This document shows positions 27,453 to 41,800 of a stretch of DNA of 64,000 bases, piece after piece. The stretch spans positions 14,880,001 through 14,944,000 of the forward strand of contig CM022667.1 of the NCBI GenBank assembly GCA_012295275.1, written 5' to 3'. Made by a program: the position numbers and the translations under genes. Positions within the stretch are counted from its first letter, which is position 1. Each line of letters starts with the position of its first letter. This DNA is from Chrysomallon squamiferum (lineage: Eukaryota; Animalia; Mollusca). Below the pieces are notes generated by a model, which was not told the DNA's origin, did no database searches, and was given only the letters and a program-made list of their open reading frames with translations.

Positions 27453-30407
27453 TTATTATTATTTTGATTATTATTAATTTCTTTCTATCTATTTGCAATT
27501 TTATTAAACTTTCATGCCTTCATTCTTTCACTTTATTTCTCTGAGACAATTCATTATTTTCTATTTATATCATAAATTTCTTCATATCATGTATCAGCTG
27601 ACAACAATATATATTCTATATACAGACACAGTTTATTACAAAATGTTTCATATTTATGATTTCATGTTTAGCTCAGAACAAATTATACACAGATTAACAG
27701 AATAATATTTGTACTGTTAATAATTCATGTCATTTATTGAAACCATTTATATTTATATTTATATTTAAATTTTGTCTCTCCTATTATTGCGATAATAATT
27801 TATATTAAGTAATGCATGCTGAAATATATATATATGTGTGTGTGTATTTATGATCATTTGAAATTGGCATAGAGATCCTCCAGAAGCTATGATGATAAAC
27901 ATAATTACTTTTAAAGATTTTTTATGAAAAGCATTTCACTGAATTAAAATTTAGAGTAAATAGTTAATGTATTAAAACTGATGTTCAGTTTGTGTGTGTT
28001 TCAGTTTAATTGCAATTTACCACTTACAGCTTAATACTAAATACAGTTTCTCTCTTTTCCTTTATTTTGCAGGATTTCACAAATGTAAGTAAATCTTTTA
28101 TAACATTCACTCTAAGATTCATTTTAATTCTCCATTTAGAAATAGTAAAATGTTTTCTTGATTTTAAGGTTAAATGATTAAATAAATAAATATTACTGCA
28201 TATCTAAACTAATTATATTTGTTATCTCTGTTGTGATTTAAAAAAAAAATCTCTGTTTTGTGTGTGTGTGTGTGTGTATGTGTACTAAATGTTTACCTAC
28301 ATAAACATATAATTGATATTTTGTAGAAATCTTTTCAGAACAGAGTTCTAAAATTATGTCGATGTAATATTTTCACTGATAGTTGTAGACAAATATACAT
28401 AATAATTTAAATAAATAAGACCAGATAGTTTACAATAATTTTGAAATTGCACAAAATTTTAAAAATAAATTACATTCAGTTTTATTATTGATATATTATT
28501 ATGTTTTTTCTTTCTTTTTCTTTTTCATGCTTTGAAATACAGGGTGTAAGTAGACTTAACTTTTTAAAATTATTTTATTTTAAGTATTTGAACATTTTGT
28601 TATGAGAGTTTGTATGAATGTGTGTGTGTGTTTGTGTGTGTCACTGTGAATATACTGGTATATATTTTGGTTAATCTGTATTAATTAGAATATTTTCATC
28701 ATAAGTAATAAAATAAATTATTTTAAGCATCATATTTTACACTTCCTTATCTTTCTTTCTTTTTTGCTTCTTCTTTTTTTTCTTATTAATAGTTCTAATA
28801 ATGAAAATTAAAATTAAAATTGCATTGTATTATATATATTTATTTCTTTATTTTTCATAAAACTTCTTTATACTGATCTGTGCTGTGTGTTCATTTCATC
28901 AGTATGTAAGTAAACACCAAACAATTCTACAATGTAATGAAATCATTGATGTGTACTGTTTGGCAATACAAATCAATAGTCTGATAAATTCTTTACACTT
29001 CCAAGTTAATTTTGTTTATTGTTTTGGCTACTTATAATTGTTAAGAACAGAATATAACAGTAAAATAATACTGAACACTTTAACATTTCACAGTTAGAGT
29101 TGTGATGTCACATCAAACAGGGATGACTAGTGGTTATATTTCTTTCAATGCTAGAAGAAAGTTTAGATCATATTTGTTCATCCTGTATGCACTGATATCA
29201 TGGTTACATAAAAATGGCACAACTTGGATATTTTTTAACTTCTTTTTTATTATTAAACATAATTATTAATTAAGTTTGGATATAGTACAAATCAAACAAA
29301 ACATAACTTGGAGGTGTGTAGAATGTTAGGAATATTTCTTGAAATTCCTGTATGTGCCTTTTGGCAGTTAGGTATTTATATAATTGTTTTTATATTTTTT
29401 AAAACACTTATATTTCATGCATTTATAACATCACCTATTTAATATTCTCTTAATTTGTATACTTGGATTAATAGTCTTTTTTTACTATCAGTGTAAAATT
29501 AACATGATTTTTGTCATTTCTTTTTTATTAATTAATTTCTGTAACACCAAAAAATCAAGGGTTATATATTTTGTTTTTGTTCTGGTTTCAGACTGCCTTA
29601 CACTGGGCTGCCAAAAATGGGAAACCTGAGGTTATAAAACTTATTGCTTCAAAACCTGGAGTTAATGTCAATCACAGATCAGTAAGTATTACTAACATTT
29701 TAAGTTTCTTCTATAAAAATAAAATAATTTAACAGGAAAATATACTGTAATTAATTGTCTATCTCAGAAGTTTATTTCAGAAAAATATTTTTATTGACTG
29801 ATGAGACAGAATAATAAAATTTCAAAAATAGTTTTAAAATGAGATAATGTTCATTTTGAAAAATATTGATACAACTTCATGAGTTTTCTGTTAGAAATAT
29901 CATTATGATGTCACTATAAAATCATTCTCCACTGAAAAATGTTTTTATATTCTCAAATTCTCTTACATGAATTATATTTTCATGTTTATTTGTTTTATAT
30001 TTATTCTGAATTGAAAATCATTTCTTGACTAAATTCATCCATTAACCACTATTTTTATTTTTCATTTTCCTCTCATCAAAATATCAGCATGTAAGTATTT
30101 ATTTATATCACATTACTTACTACTATAATTAAGTCTTATTTTAAATATTTTTATTAAATATCTGCTATAACTTATTTTCTTAAGACATGTTTTGTATTTG
30201 TTTTTTTAGTTCAAAGTGAGGACTTGTACACTTTTGAAAAAGATTTAAAACAAAAGAGTGAAAATCAAATAATTGTGTAATTTCTTTATAATTGTTGATG
30301 TTTTTACTAAATAACCAACATTTTGTTTTGTTTCATATTACCACAAATAGGGGGTAAGTACATAATTTTATTTGTCATTATTTTCTTTAACTAGTGCTTT
30401 ACTCATT

Positions 30408-30489
<82 letters not shown>

Positions 30490-32034
30490 ACTGGTTAGTA
30501 TCTCTCTCGTTCGCTCTGTCTCTGAAATATCTGGTTAGTATCTCTCTCTCTCTCTCCTTATTAATATTAAATCTGTACAACAGGTTGAAAAACAAATATG
30601 ATACAACAGACACACAAACCCATAAACACACACAGAGACAAATTGTAATTTAATTTCACATCAAAGTAATCATTATATAACTTTAAAACTATTATAAAAT
30701 AAAATAAAAACAATATCTTTTGTCCAGTTGTCAAATTACTTTATTAATTAATTAATTTATTTATTTTTCTTTCTTAATTATTTACTTATTTTTCATCTTA
30801 ACAGGGTTACACTGCACTTCACATGGCAGCTATTCATGGCCATGAAGATATTATTGAACTTTTAGTCCAGGGCTACAGTAAGTAGTTACACAAATTTAAA
30901 TTAGTTTCCTTTTGTTATTTTTAATTTTTTAATTTTTAATTTTTAATTTTTTGTTTTAATTAAACCCATCATAAATGACTTGAAATGGTTAATAGTTGTT
31001 AATATTATAGATAATATTATTATTTCATTTCACTTGTATATTAATTAATATTACTTTTATTATTAATTAATATTATTTTATTATTAATACTATTTATTAT
31101 TATTTCATCTCATTTATATATTATTTAATATTACATTTATTATTATTTTATTTCATTTATGTATTATTTAACATTACATTTATTATTATTTTATTTCATT
31201 TATGTATTATTTAATATTACTTTTATTCTCATTTTACATGATTAACACATTAATTTATTTCAACAGAAGCTGATGCCAATATGAGAGACTACAGTGGCAA
31301 GAAGGCCAAACAGTATCTGAAAAACTCAGCCTCAACACGGACACAGCGTAAGCGAATTTCATCTTACCCAGATATCTCTACTCCAATTAACATTACCATC
31401 CCAGCCAGTGGCCACAGGCAGTCACTGGCCATTTTACACCTGTCCATGTCTGAACCTGAACAATCTGTAGCCTAAAATATTATCTGGAAACTCTATTTTT
31501 TTGTGTGAATATTACAGATTGCACCATCCTTGATGTTAATTTTGTATTCAGCAGGTTAGAGATTATACTTCATAACTGATGTTTATTTTATAATTCAGCA
31601 GCTGTATTTTATTATTTCACAGGTTAAATCTTTTTTTATCTAAAATGTTTTCAGTTGAAAGTGGAAGAGTTTCTGATTTCAGATTTTTTTTTTTAATAAT
31701 TAGTTTGATAATATGACCCAAGTTTAAGAACAAAATCCATTTAGATTTTATACATAGCGTAGTCCCAATGTTCCAAAGTAATTTTATGCTATACTTTAGT
31801 TTATGTTGTCTGTTAAATAGAATTTGCTTATATTGAACCATCAGAAATTTAAGTTACATTACTTTGTCTATTAAACAAAACAAAAAAAACAACCACAAAT
31901 TGTTTTGGATTTCAAATGATTTCAGATTTTCAGATAAAGAATGCTCAGCCAATAATAGCAACTTATTTAAAATGTTAGTATGAAAAGACATCTGAAAGAA
32001 GGTGTGTTTTTTTCTCTTTCATTTATTTATTTGT

Positions 32035-32073
<39 letters not shown>

Positions 32074-33602
32074 TTAATTTGTTAATTTTTTTATTTATTT
32101 GCTTGTTTTATTTTCTTTGTTTAAGGAATATTAGGTTTTTTTTGAAAATTTTATAGTTTTGCACAGTGATATTTGTTAGAAAACATTTATTAGTTTAATA
32201 AAATGCCAGAATTATTATGGTGCTTTTTTGAAATTAATTATTGTTTTGTTCTTTTTTATCTTTATTTTTAACAAATTTGAAGCTACTTTAGTGTTGATAT
32301 TCAACATAAAATTGATCATTGTTGAAATCAAATAAAAACCAGTTTTTCATTCATTTTAGGCAATTCTCAGCATAATTATAAGAAAAGCTTTGAAATAACT
32401 TGGTTTTTAATTATTGTTTTCAGTTCATTTAATTAAAGATTAAAACCATATCTTTATTATTTATAATTAAATTTGAACTCTCCTGACTTTAGTACAAAAG
32501 ATGATATAATTTTTTTTTTTTTAAGCAGGACATATTAAAATTGATCATTGTTGAATTTTTTATATAGTTTTAATCAAATAAAACTATATTGTTTTTTGGG
32601 GTCACTTTATACATAGGTAATGTTTTGTAGGTTGCATTTTTTATTTTTTGCCATTCTCAGCAAAAATATAATTTTATCGAAAAAATTTTGAAAAAAAATT
32701 GTATTTTCCGTTTAGTGACATAAAAATACATTTTAAAGCTTAGAAACCCGTCTTCAGTAGGAAAATGCAGACTAAAATGCACTAAATATCATATCTATAA
32801 AATTAAAGATTTTGGTGAAATAAAACCATATCTGTAATATATTTTGTATATTTAATACACATTTTGTCACATAGATAGAACTCTTCTTGAAGAGATTATT
32901 TATGATACATTTAGGCTACAGATCAGATATAATTTTTTTTTTATTATGGTATGTTCGACATTTATCTATGTGTTTGTTACAGTATGCATGTCTAAAAAGG
33001 TCTAAAAATAGTGACGGTGCCTGGAATCTACAGTCGACTTATACACAAGTAATACCTAAAATGACGCAATTTTTGGTCTTAAAATACACATCGACTTATA
33101 CATAAGGTCGCCTTGTACACAAGTATATACGGTAATTATGATACATTTTCATTATATACATGTACATGTATCATATAAAATAATTCCTTCACAAAAACAC
33201 CTAATTACCACATTATTTATGATTACAGCTTGTTTATTAAGTTTTTATACATTTTCTTGTGATAAGTATTATATATATAAAATTTATCATTGTTTATAGT
33301 TTGCTACATTGTTATATGTAAGAATATTCTTTATTTATAAAGGATAAGTGATCTGTTATTGCTTATATTGCTTATTTTGTGTCAGTTTTGAATTATTTAA
33401 ATTGATTTATTTATTAATGCATATAATCATTACCTTATTATTGCTTTAGAATTAAAGTTACTATATTGAATTTGACTGCATGCACTGGTGAAGGAATTTT
33501 GGATCTGATCACTAAATGGTTTTGTGGTTTTATGTATAAAGTTGTCTGTTTTTTTTTATCTATCTGTCTATCTATCTTTCCATCTGTCTGTCTGTCTTGT
33601 CT

Positions 33603-33677
<75 letters not shown>

Positions 33678-34272
33678 GTTTATATTTACATTTATCTTTC
33701 TGTCTGTTGATATATCTGTATGCAATGTCTATATATATACATTTGCTTGATCCTGATGTTTTTATACGATGTAATTAGTTTTCTTTAACTATATTCATTT
33801 ATGTTTGCTAGATATTTGAATACATGACTTTTGTCATTGTTTTTGCAAATACAGTTGATGTTATAATTTTATTATTATTATTATTACCACAACTACTGTT
33901 TTATTCTTTCATTTTTTTTTTAAGAATATATTCTGTTTGTGTATTTTTAAATCAGAATTATTAAAAGGATTTTTTATTATTTTATTTTATTTTTCTTTGT
34001 ATAATTCTTTCTTTAGATTTCATTTTTGATATACTTTCATTTTTCTTTATTTTAAAACTAGTCATATATTACTGTGATAAAAAAAAATAATAATAATTTT
34101 AAAATTTGTTTTTGCTATTAATTATTATGAACACAAAAAGCTGAAGTAAGTGTTTGAAACATCCATCATCATCAACATTGTCATCATCGTCAAACATCTC
34201 CAGATGAAATAAATCTGGAAAATGATCAGTATTACAGTAGGATAATAGTAGTTGTATACACAATACTGACAT

Positions 34273-34319
<47 letters not shown>

Positions 34320-34706
34320 TTATCCCATTTAATTATTGCAAAAACCAAATCCATTCTTTTTCACATCTATCTCATGTTGTCACAAGAATTTCACATTACA
34401 AAAGATTTTAAAGGTTTTAATGTTGAACCATTACATATTTCTGGGTACAGACTAAATATTATTAAGATTTAGTTGAATATTTTATATATATTTCCTTTAA
34501 AATACTTCTAAATACCTGGAATTGTCTGTTCCTAATTTTGTTAGTCTAAAATTTTAAATTTAGACTTACCAGCCTTTCTGTTTTGTGTATCTAATAAATT
34601 GAGTTATCTGCACTTGAACTGTTACTTTTTAAGGTTTTTATTACTTTTGCCTAATTTGCCCTTTATATATTTGTATACATCATATATTGTTATTGTTATT
34701 ACTTTA

Positions 34707-34757
<51 letters not shown>

Positions 34758-36075
34758 GAATTAAATTATTTATTTTAATGTTTAGCCATAACTTTTAAAG
34801 TTTATTTTGTAACATTGTTTTTTCTTGAGAAGAATCTCCATTATAAATATATCATGCTCATGACAGAAATATTGAACTTTTATATATAAATAACTATCAA
34901 TAATAGTTCCAGGTTTCATTAACTCCCATGACATGCCTACTTGAAAAATCATTTGTATTGTAAACATTGGCAAAACTGATACGGTTAAAGGTCAAACCTT
35001 GGTTACACATTCTTGAATATTTGTTTCTGATGAAATTAAACCACTGATGCTCAAAACTACATTCATAATTTATGGTTTTGTTTCAACTTCTTTTTGGTTT
35101 ATTTTCTTAAGGATTATAGGATTAGTTTTTGTACAGTCTGGGGCAAGCAGAAAAAAGTTATGGTAGTAGTAATATTAATTTTAATAACTGAAAAAGTATC
35201 TTTGAGTGAGCAGGAAAAAAAAACACATCTTAGGATTAAGTGTAATTTTATTCTTTATTTAATTCAAAATCAACAGCCATTTCATGGAATGATAAATGAT
35301 GTAATATTTATTTATTTTATTATTATTAACTTTTTTTAGACATTTTATAATTTTATTCAGTTCCCAAATGGTCCATTATGTACAGCTGTTCTCTTGCAAA
35401 CCTAAAAAATCCACATTTTGGTTTAAATTTAAATTTAATTTTACCACATTAGATTACTGAATGTAGAGTTGTGTTTTGCTTCTCATTTAACTTTTTTGAC
35501 CAAAGCACAAACCATTACAAATATTTGACAAAAATCCATATTATAAGTTATCTGTGATTTTTATATTTTTATTTCATCTTTTATATGTCATAATTTAATT
35601 TTTCAAGAACAATTTTCACTTTGTTGTTATTTTCATTGATTAATTTTATATGTAATTGTGAAGCATAAACATTATATTGTTTTGATACCAACCATAAATC
35701 ATTAATTAATTCAGGGGCTTAGAACTAATGTGGTCGAATCTACAACAATAAAGATTTGGAGATCTAACTTATTAAAGTATATATAAATATTAAAACTGTC
35801 ACTCATTAATTATTCATTGGTACAGTTAATTGTAACTGTTATGGGTTTAGATAATTTAGGCAAAGAAGGATCTTGTTGTCATGTATTAATGTAATGATAC
35901 AAACTCATTTCTTATTTTTGTAGGTTCTGACCATTCAGGTTTCTGCCCATCATTTGTAAATGAATTTATACTGGGTTTTTTCTTTCTTTTTCTTCTTCTT
36001 CTTCTTCTTTATTCTCAGTACTTTCTTCTCTTTCATTTGTGCATTTTTGTTCTTTTTTTTTAGTTATTATAATTA

Positions 36076-36130
<55 letters not shown>

Positions 36131-38684
36131 ATGTTTATTGTGGGTGTGTGTGGGTGTGGGTGTGTGTGAAAATATAAGGCATTTATATATACATGTAAAT
36201 CCACAATATGCCATAATATATATTTTGTGGCCTAACTCCTTTACATTTTTATAAAAATAAAATATGTATTGTATACCATGATTATAATGAAATACTTACA
36301 TTGTTTCTACACAATTATAAATAAAATTATTATGCAATATTTTGTTATTTTTATTATTATTAATTTATATTTTTATTTTTAAAAAAAAAAAAGAAAAAAA
36401 ATGTAATAATAAAGACTGGAAACCCAACAATAAAAATGTTTATTATGTAATAATGCAAATTAAATTATTATTTATTTTCAAATTTTGCATATTTCTAAAA
36501 GTGTCTGTTTTAAGAAGTACATAATTAGAAAGTTATTTTCTTGTGTATGATTTTAATTTTATTTGAAAGAAATATTTTGATTGTAATAGTTACTGTGGTG
36601 ATTTTGTCAGTATTAAATAATAATAATAATAATAATAATAGTGTTAAATACAAGGATGAGTTATGTTTGGTTGTTTTCATTGGTGAAGATTGTAAAAACA
36701 ACAAAAACATTCTAATATATACTCTTGAAGAAGATTAACTGGTAAGATATTTTTATTTATGTTTTTGTTTTAAAGGATGACTTCGTGTTTTTTAGTATCA
36801 AATATCAACTTTTACGACTGTTTAAAATGTTAAAAAGTGTCTGTGTGTGTGTGTTTGTGTGTGTGTGTCTGTGTGTGTGAGAGATTGAGATAAAAACATG
36901 ATGACAGATAAACATGAATGCTGTGGTTAGCAGCTCATTGTGGCAGTAGAGCTATAGCAGATTTCTGTCTTTGATGTGCTCAAACATTTCAGCCATCATT
37001 GTTATTATTATTATATTATTATTTTAAAGGTAAATTATAGGAGACTTATTATATGGACAGATACAAAGAAAAATCAGGACATAATCTATTTCTCTGTTTG
37101 GAATATACCTACTGTTGTAGTTTTTTGCTATTGTTTTTTAAAAATTTTCTGAATAATAATTTTCATAAATTGTTTAAGGTTAGAAAAATAATCTATTAGT
37201 GTTGTGTTTTGTAACTGACAGTTACAACAAGAATATTTTTTTTATTTACCCTTCTTTATTTTTCTTTTTCTTTTTCTTATTATTAATATGTTTTAATGTT
37301 ACATTTAGTAATCAGTTTTTAATTAATAATAATAATAATAATAATAAATATTTTTTGAATTTAACTGATACAAATTGACATTCATTTTAAATTTGTTATT
37401 AGTATTTTATGTTAAAAAAATAATTCAACAAAATATTGGATGTTGGTTGACTGTTGAATTACTTTTTAATTGTAGAATTTCTTTTAATTTACATTTTGGA
37501 GCCATCTTTATAAAAATTATTGTTGTACACCATTATATTTTTTTCTAATAATATTTATAATTTATTATTTTCCTCTAATATAATTTTGTTTTATTTCTTG
37601 TTGCAATCAAACCATTGAGGTGAGAAGACAGTTTATTTTGTGTATGTTAAAAAGAAAATCATTCTCATCATTTGAATGCCATTTTATTTTCACCAAGTTC
37701 TGTTGTATTTTTCTACTAGGGAATGTCTTGCAGTTTGCTTGTGTGTATACTTTATCCTTAACAGATACATGTTACATCCTGTTGTGAAATGAACCTTATT
37801 TTGAATGGGGACAGTCCGCTAATGAAATACGATGTCATTCTTACAATGCATCCTGTTTTCAAGTTTAATTTTTGTGATACTTTGGCCTAATTTGTAAATT
37901 TAATGGAACATTCAGTGAGTTTCCTGAACTATATCTTCTTTGAAATGAAAATAAAATCAATAAATTTGATTATTAAGATTTGACAATGAAATGTATATTA
38001 AGGTTATTATTATTATAACTGCATTTTTTAACATTTATCTATTTACAGTGGATACCTTTTCATCTTTTTGTTATTTTCCCTTGAAACAAATTAATTCAGA
38101 TGACAGGTGCCATATTTGAAGTCAGGTCATTTCAAAATATGTTGTAACGTACACATATACATAATTAAACTTATTCATATATATATCTTGCATTTTTTTT
38201 TTTTTTTTTTTTTTTTTTTCTGTTTTCAACCTGTGGGCTATATTATTAATATTTTTCTGGTTTGCCTTATTTTCCTTAATGTTTTTTTTTTTTTATTTAT
38301 TGAGTTGTGCATGAAAGTTAAGGGACATATCTTGTTACACAACAAATTAAAAGAAAAGAAAATGTGAAAAAAAAACTTTGACACATTTATGTATTGAATG
38401 TTGGTGTAGAGCAAAAATGATTACATTTGCATGCAACACAGTTTTAATGTTTCATTAGCACAGTTTCATTTGTAAAAAAGAAATTTGTGATATTTAATTT
38501 TTTGAAATTTTGTACATATTGTTAACATAGTTATCACAGATTATAAATCTGATTTTCAGTGTTGCATTTATTGTCATTGTTGATAAAATGGGTTTTATTT
38601 GTTAAGTTATTACATGGTTATTATAAAATTGATTTAATTGTAAAGTTATTTTTGCTGTTTCTCTCTCTAATTTTTGTTATTTAT

Positions 38685-38742
<58 letters not shown>

Positions 38743-38864
38743 TGCAGTCTTTCTTTTTGTGTGAGTGTGGCTGTCTATCTCTAAGCTTATTGTCATAAAT
38801 ATTTCAGATTATATATATATTGTGAAAAGTTATCTATCGTGACAGGATAGGGACATAAATACAT

Positions 38865-38896
<32 letters not shown>

Positions 38897-41800
38897 GGAA
38901 ACAGAACAAAAAATAAAACAAATTAGTGTTATCATTAAAAACATACACATGCATGATGTCAAAACCTTGATTTAATAACTCGATGGCTGCAAAAATGCAC
39001 AGTTGTCAGTTCCTAACCATTTACTAAACAGCATGCATTAAAATTGACTTTAATATTATAGAGACACAAGTAAATTAATTAACAATAAGGGGTAAGTTTT
39101 AATTACATACAAGAATAGATTTAATATTGATACATGTAGTACATACACCTAATTGTTTAAATTAGTAAATAATTTTGAATATAAAAATATTAATTTCCAT
39201 ATATTAATTCAGTGATGATGTGTTATCTGTTCCAAACGTAATTATATATATATATATATATATGTATGTAATTGTATAGTTGTACATTTTGAAATAAAAA
39301 AAGAAGCAATTATAATTTTCTTTATACATTTACATTGTAAAGAGTTTTAGAAATGTTGTGCCAGTAAAGCATGTAGAGTGTGCTTTTTGTAACAGAGCGT
39401 TTGATTAGTTGAACTTTCTGTAACAAAATGTTTGATTGGCTCTGCCTTTGGGTGATGGCTTAATTATGTCTTTCAGATCTGATTAATTGAACTTTAAATA
39501 ATAATAATCAGGTAGCTACTTTAAAAGATAATGCCCAAAAATGTATTAAAAACAAATTCAAATCAAATCAAATAAAAAAAATAGAAATAATATAATAATA
39601 ATAAAATGATATAAAAATAATATTGAATATAAGAACACAAATATACTATAAATTTATATAACCATTTTAGACAACAGAAATTTAAAATTATCATTATTAA
39701 CTCTTAAAATTTATTTATTATTATTATTATTACTATTACAATTATTATATATTCATTTTTTTTTTAATTTCAGAACTTCTACTGTCAAGAAAAATGTCTT
39801 CAAATGAAGGTAAACACCTTTTTTTGTTTTGTTTTTGATTTTATCTTAATAGTACTGTAACTTCAGATGATGTTTTAATTACAAATTTAAATTAATGTTT
39901 TAATTCTTTTATCTCTTTCTATTTCTCTATTTCTTTATTTTTTTGTTTCTTTGTTTTTTGTCTTTGTTACTTGTCTTTTTATTTTTTATTGGTTTTTCTC
40001 TTCTTTTTTCTTTATTAGTAGCATTAAAATATCTTTCATATTCATTCATTCATTTAATTTTCAGATATCGTTTAAGATTCATTCATCCATATTTGTTCAT
40101 TTAAGATATCATTTCGTATTTGTTCATTCTTTGATTTCACTAATTCACACATTCATTTATTTGTTCCTTCATTTGTTCAAGGGTCAGGTAGGTCTCTAGA
40201 TGATTCCTTCCTGAGGAGTACATCATTCAGGAAGAGCACCAGAGCTAAAGCAATATCATCCATGATACAAGCCTCATCATCCCAGTATCTGCGTCAGCCA
40301 GTCCTCTCCTGGACCGGTGGGTCCACGGAGGACCTCAGTTCTATCCCATCAGGCAGTGGGAGGAACACACCCAAGTCATCCAAAAAACTCGCGTCTAAAT
40401 CAGTAAGTTTTGAGTTGTTTTGTAGTTACGGTGGAAAAAGTGGTATTCATTGTTATTAGTGCTTTTGCAGTTGTTAGTTGCTGATATATTTTTGGGTTTG
40501 TTTGTTTGTTTTGTTTAGTTCAGGTTTGTTGTTTTGTTTTATTTTGTTTTGTTTGTTTTTTGTTTATTTGTTTGTTTGTTTGGTTTATTTTGTTTTATTT
40601 TATTTATTTTTGTTGTTCATTATTCTTATTTTTTTTTTTTATTTATTTTTTGTTTATTGTTTTTTTTATTTTTATTTTTTGTTTGTTTGTTCATTTTGTT
40701 TAATTTTGTTTTCATTTTAATTTTTTTTTATTTATTTATTATTATTTTATTTATTTGTTTTATTTCATTTTGTTGTTCTGTTTTGCTTTGTTTTATTTTT
40801 ATTTATTTATTTGTTGTTTGTTTGTTTATTTATTTATTATTTAATTTAATTAAATTTATTAGATATATTTTTTTATTATTATTTTTGAAAATTATTACAT
40901 AAGTTCCTTGAAAGAATGAAATAATTAATAACAACAACAACAATAATCAACATTATTTTTGTTTCTATCAGATTTTACATACACTGTATGTTTCAGTAAC
41001 AAAATGATCCTAAATTATGAACTAGTTACAAACTGTGTGTGTGTATATACTTATATATGTGTGTGTAGGTGTGTATATCTGCATATATCATTTTATGTCA
41101 GTGGTTCTGAAACTTTTTGAAGTCAGGGCACACTTGAAACCTTACAAAAAATGTTGGGCACACTACACACAAAATGCTAAGAAATATAATGCAAAATGTA
41201 AAAAAATACAGAAATAACTGAAAGAAGGATATTGCGGATGAATTGGTTGCAGAGTAGACTGCTGAGGTTGTCTATCCTCATTGTCTACATCTATGTCAGA
41301 TTCTTCATCATTTCGCATGTAGACAGTTCTCATCTGGATTCTGTACCATTTGTTTTTCTTCTGTGAGAGATATTAATTGATGTATTTAGAGTTACCACCC
41401 TTGTGTGAGAGATGTTCACTGATATATTTAGAGTTACAGCCCTTGGGTGAGAGATGTTCACTGATATATTTTGTTTTTCAGCCCTTGGGTGAGAGATGTT
41501 CATTGATATATTTAGAGTTACAGCCCTTGGGTGACCCTCACTGATATATTTAGAGTTACAGAGAGATGTTCACTGATATATTTAGAGTTACAGCCCTTGG
41601 GTGAGAGATGTTCACTGATATATTTAGAGTTACAGCCCTTGGGTGAGAGATGTTCACTGATATATTTATAGTTACAGCCCTTGGGTGAGAGATGTTCACT
41701 GATATATTTAGAGTTACAGCCCTTGGGTGTTCACTGATATATTTAGAGTTACCACCTTTGTGTGAGAGATGTTCACATATATATTTGAGTTATTGCCCTT

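Noticed and set aside
39088-39097. Possible extra microexon ag|GG|gtaagt in SOWAH intron 14
   Set aside because: Only 2 nt (frameshifting), no polypyrimidine tract, and not required by the protein.
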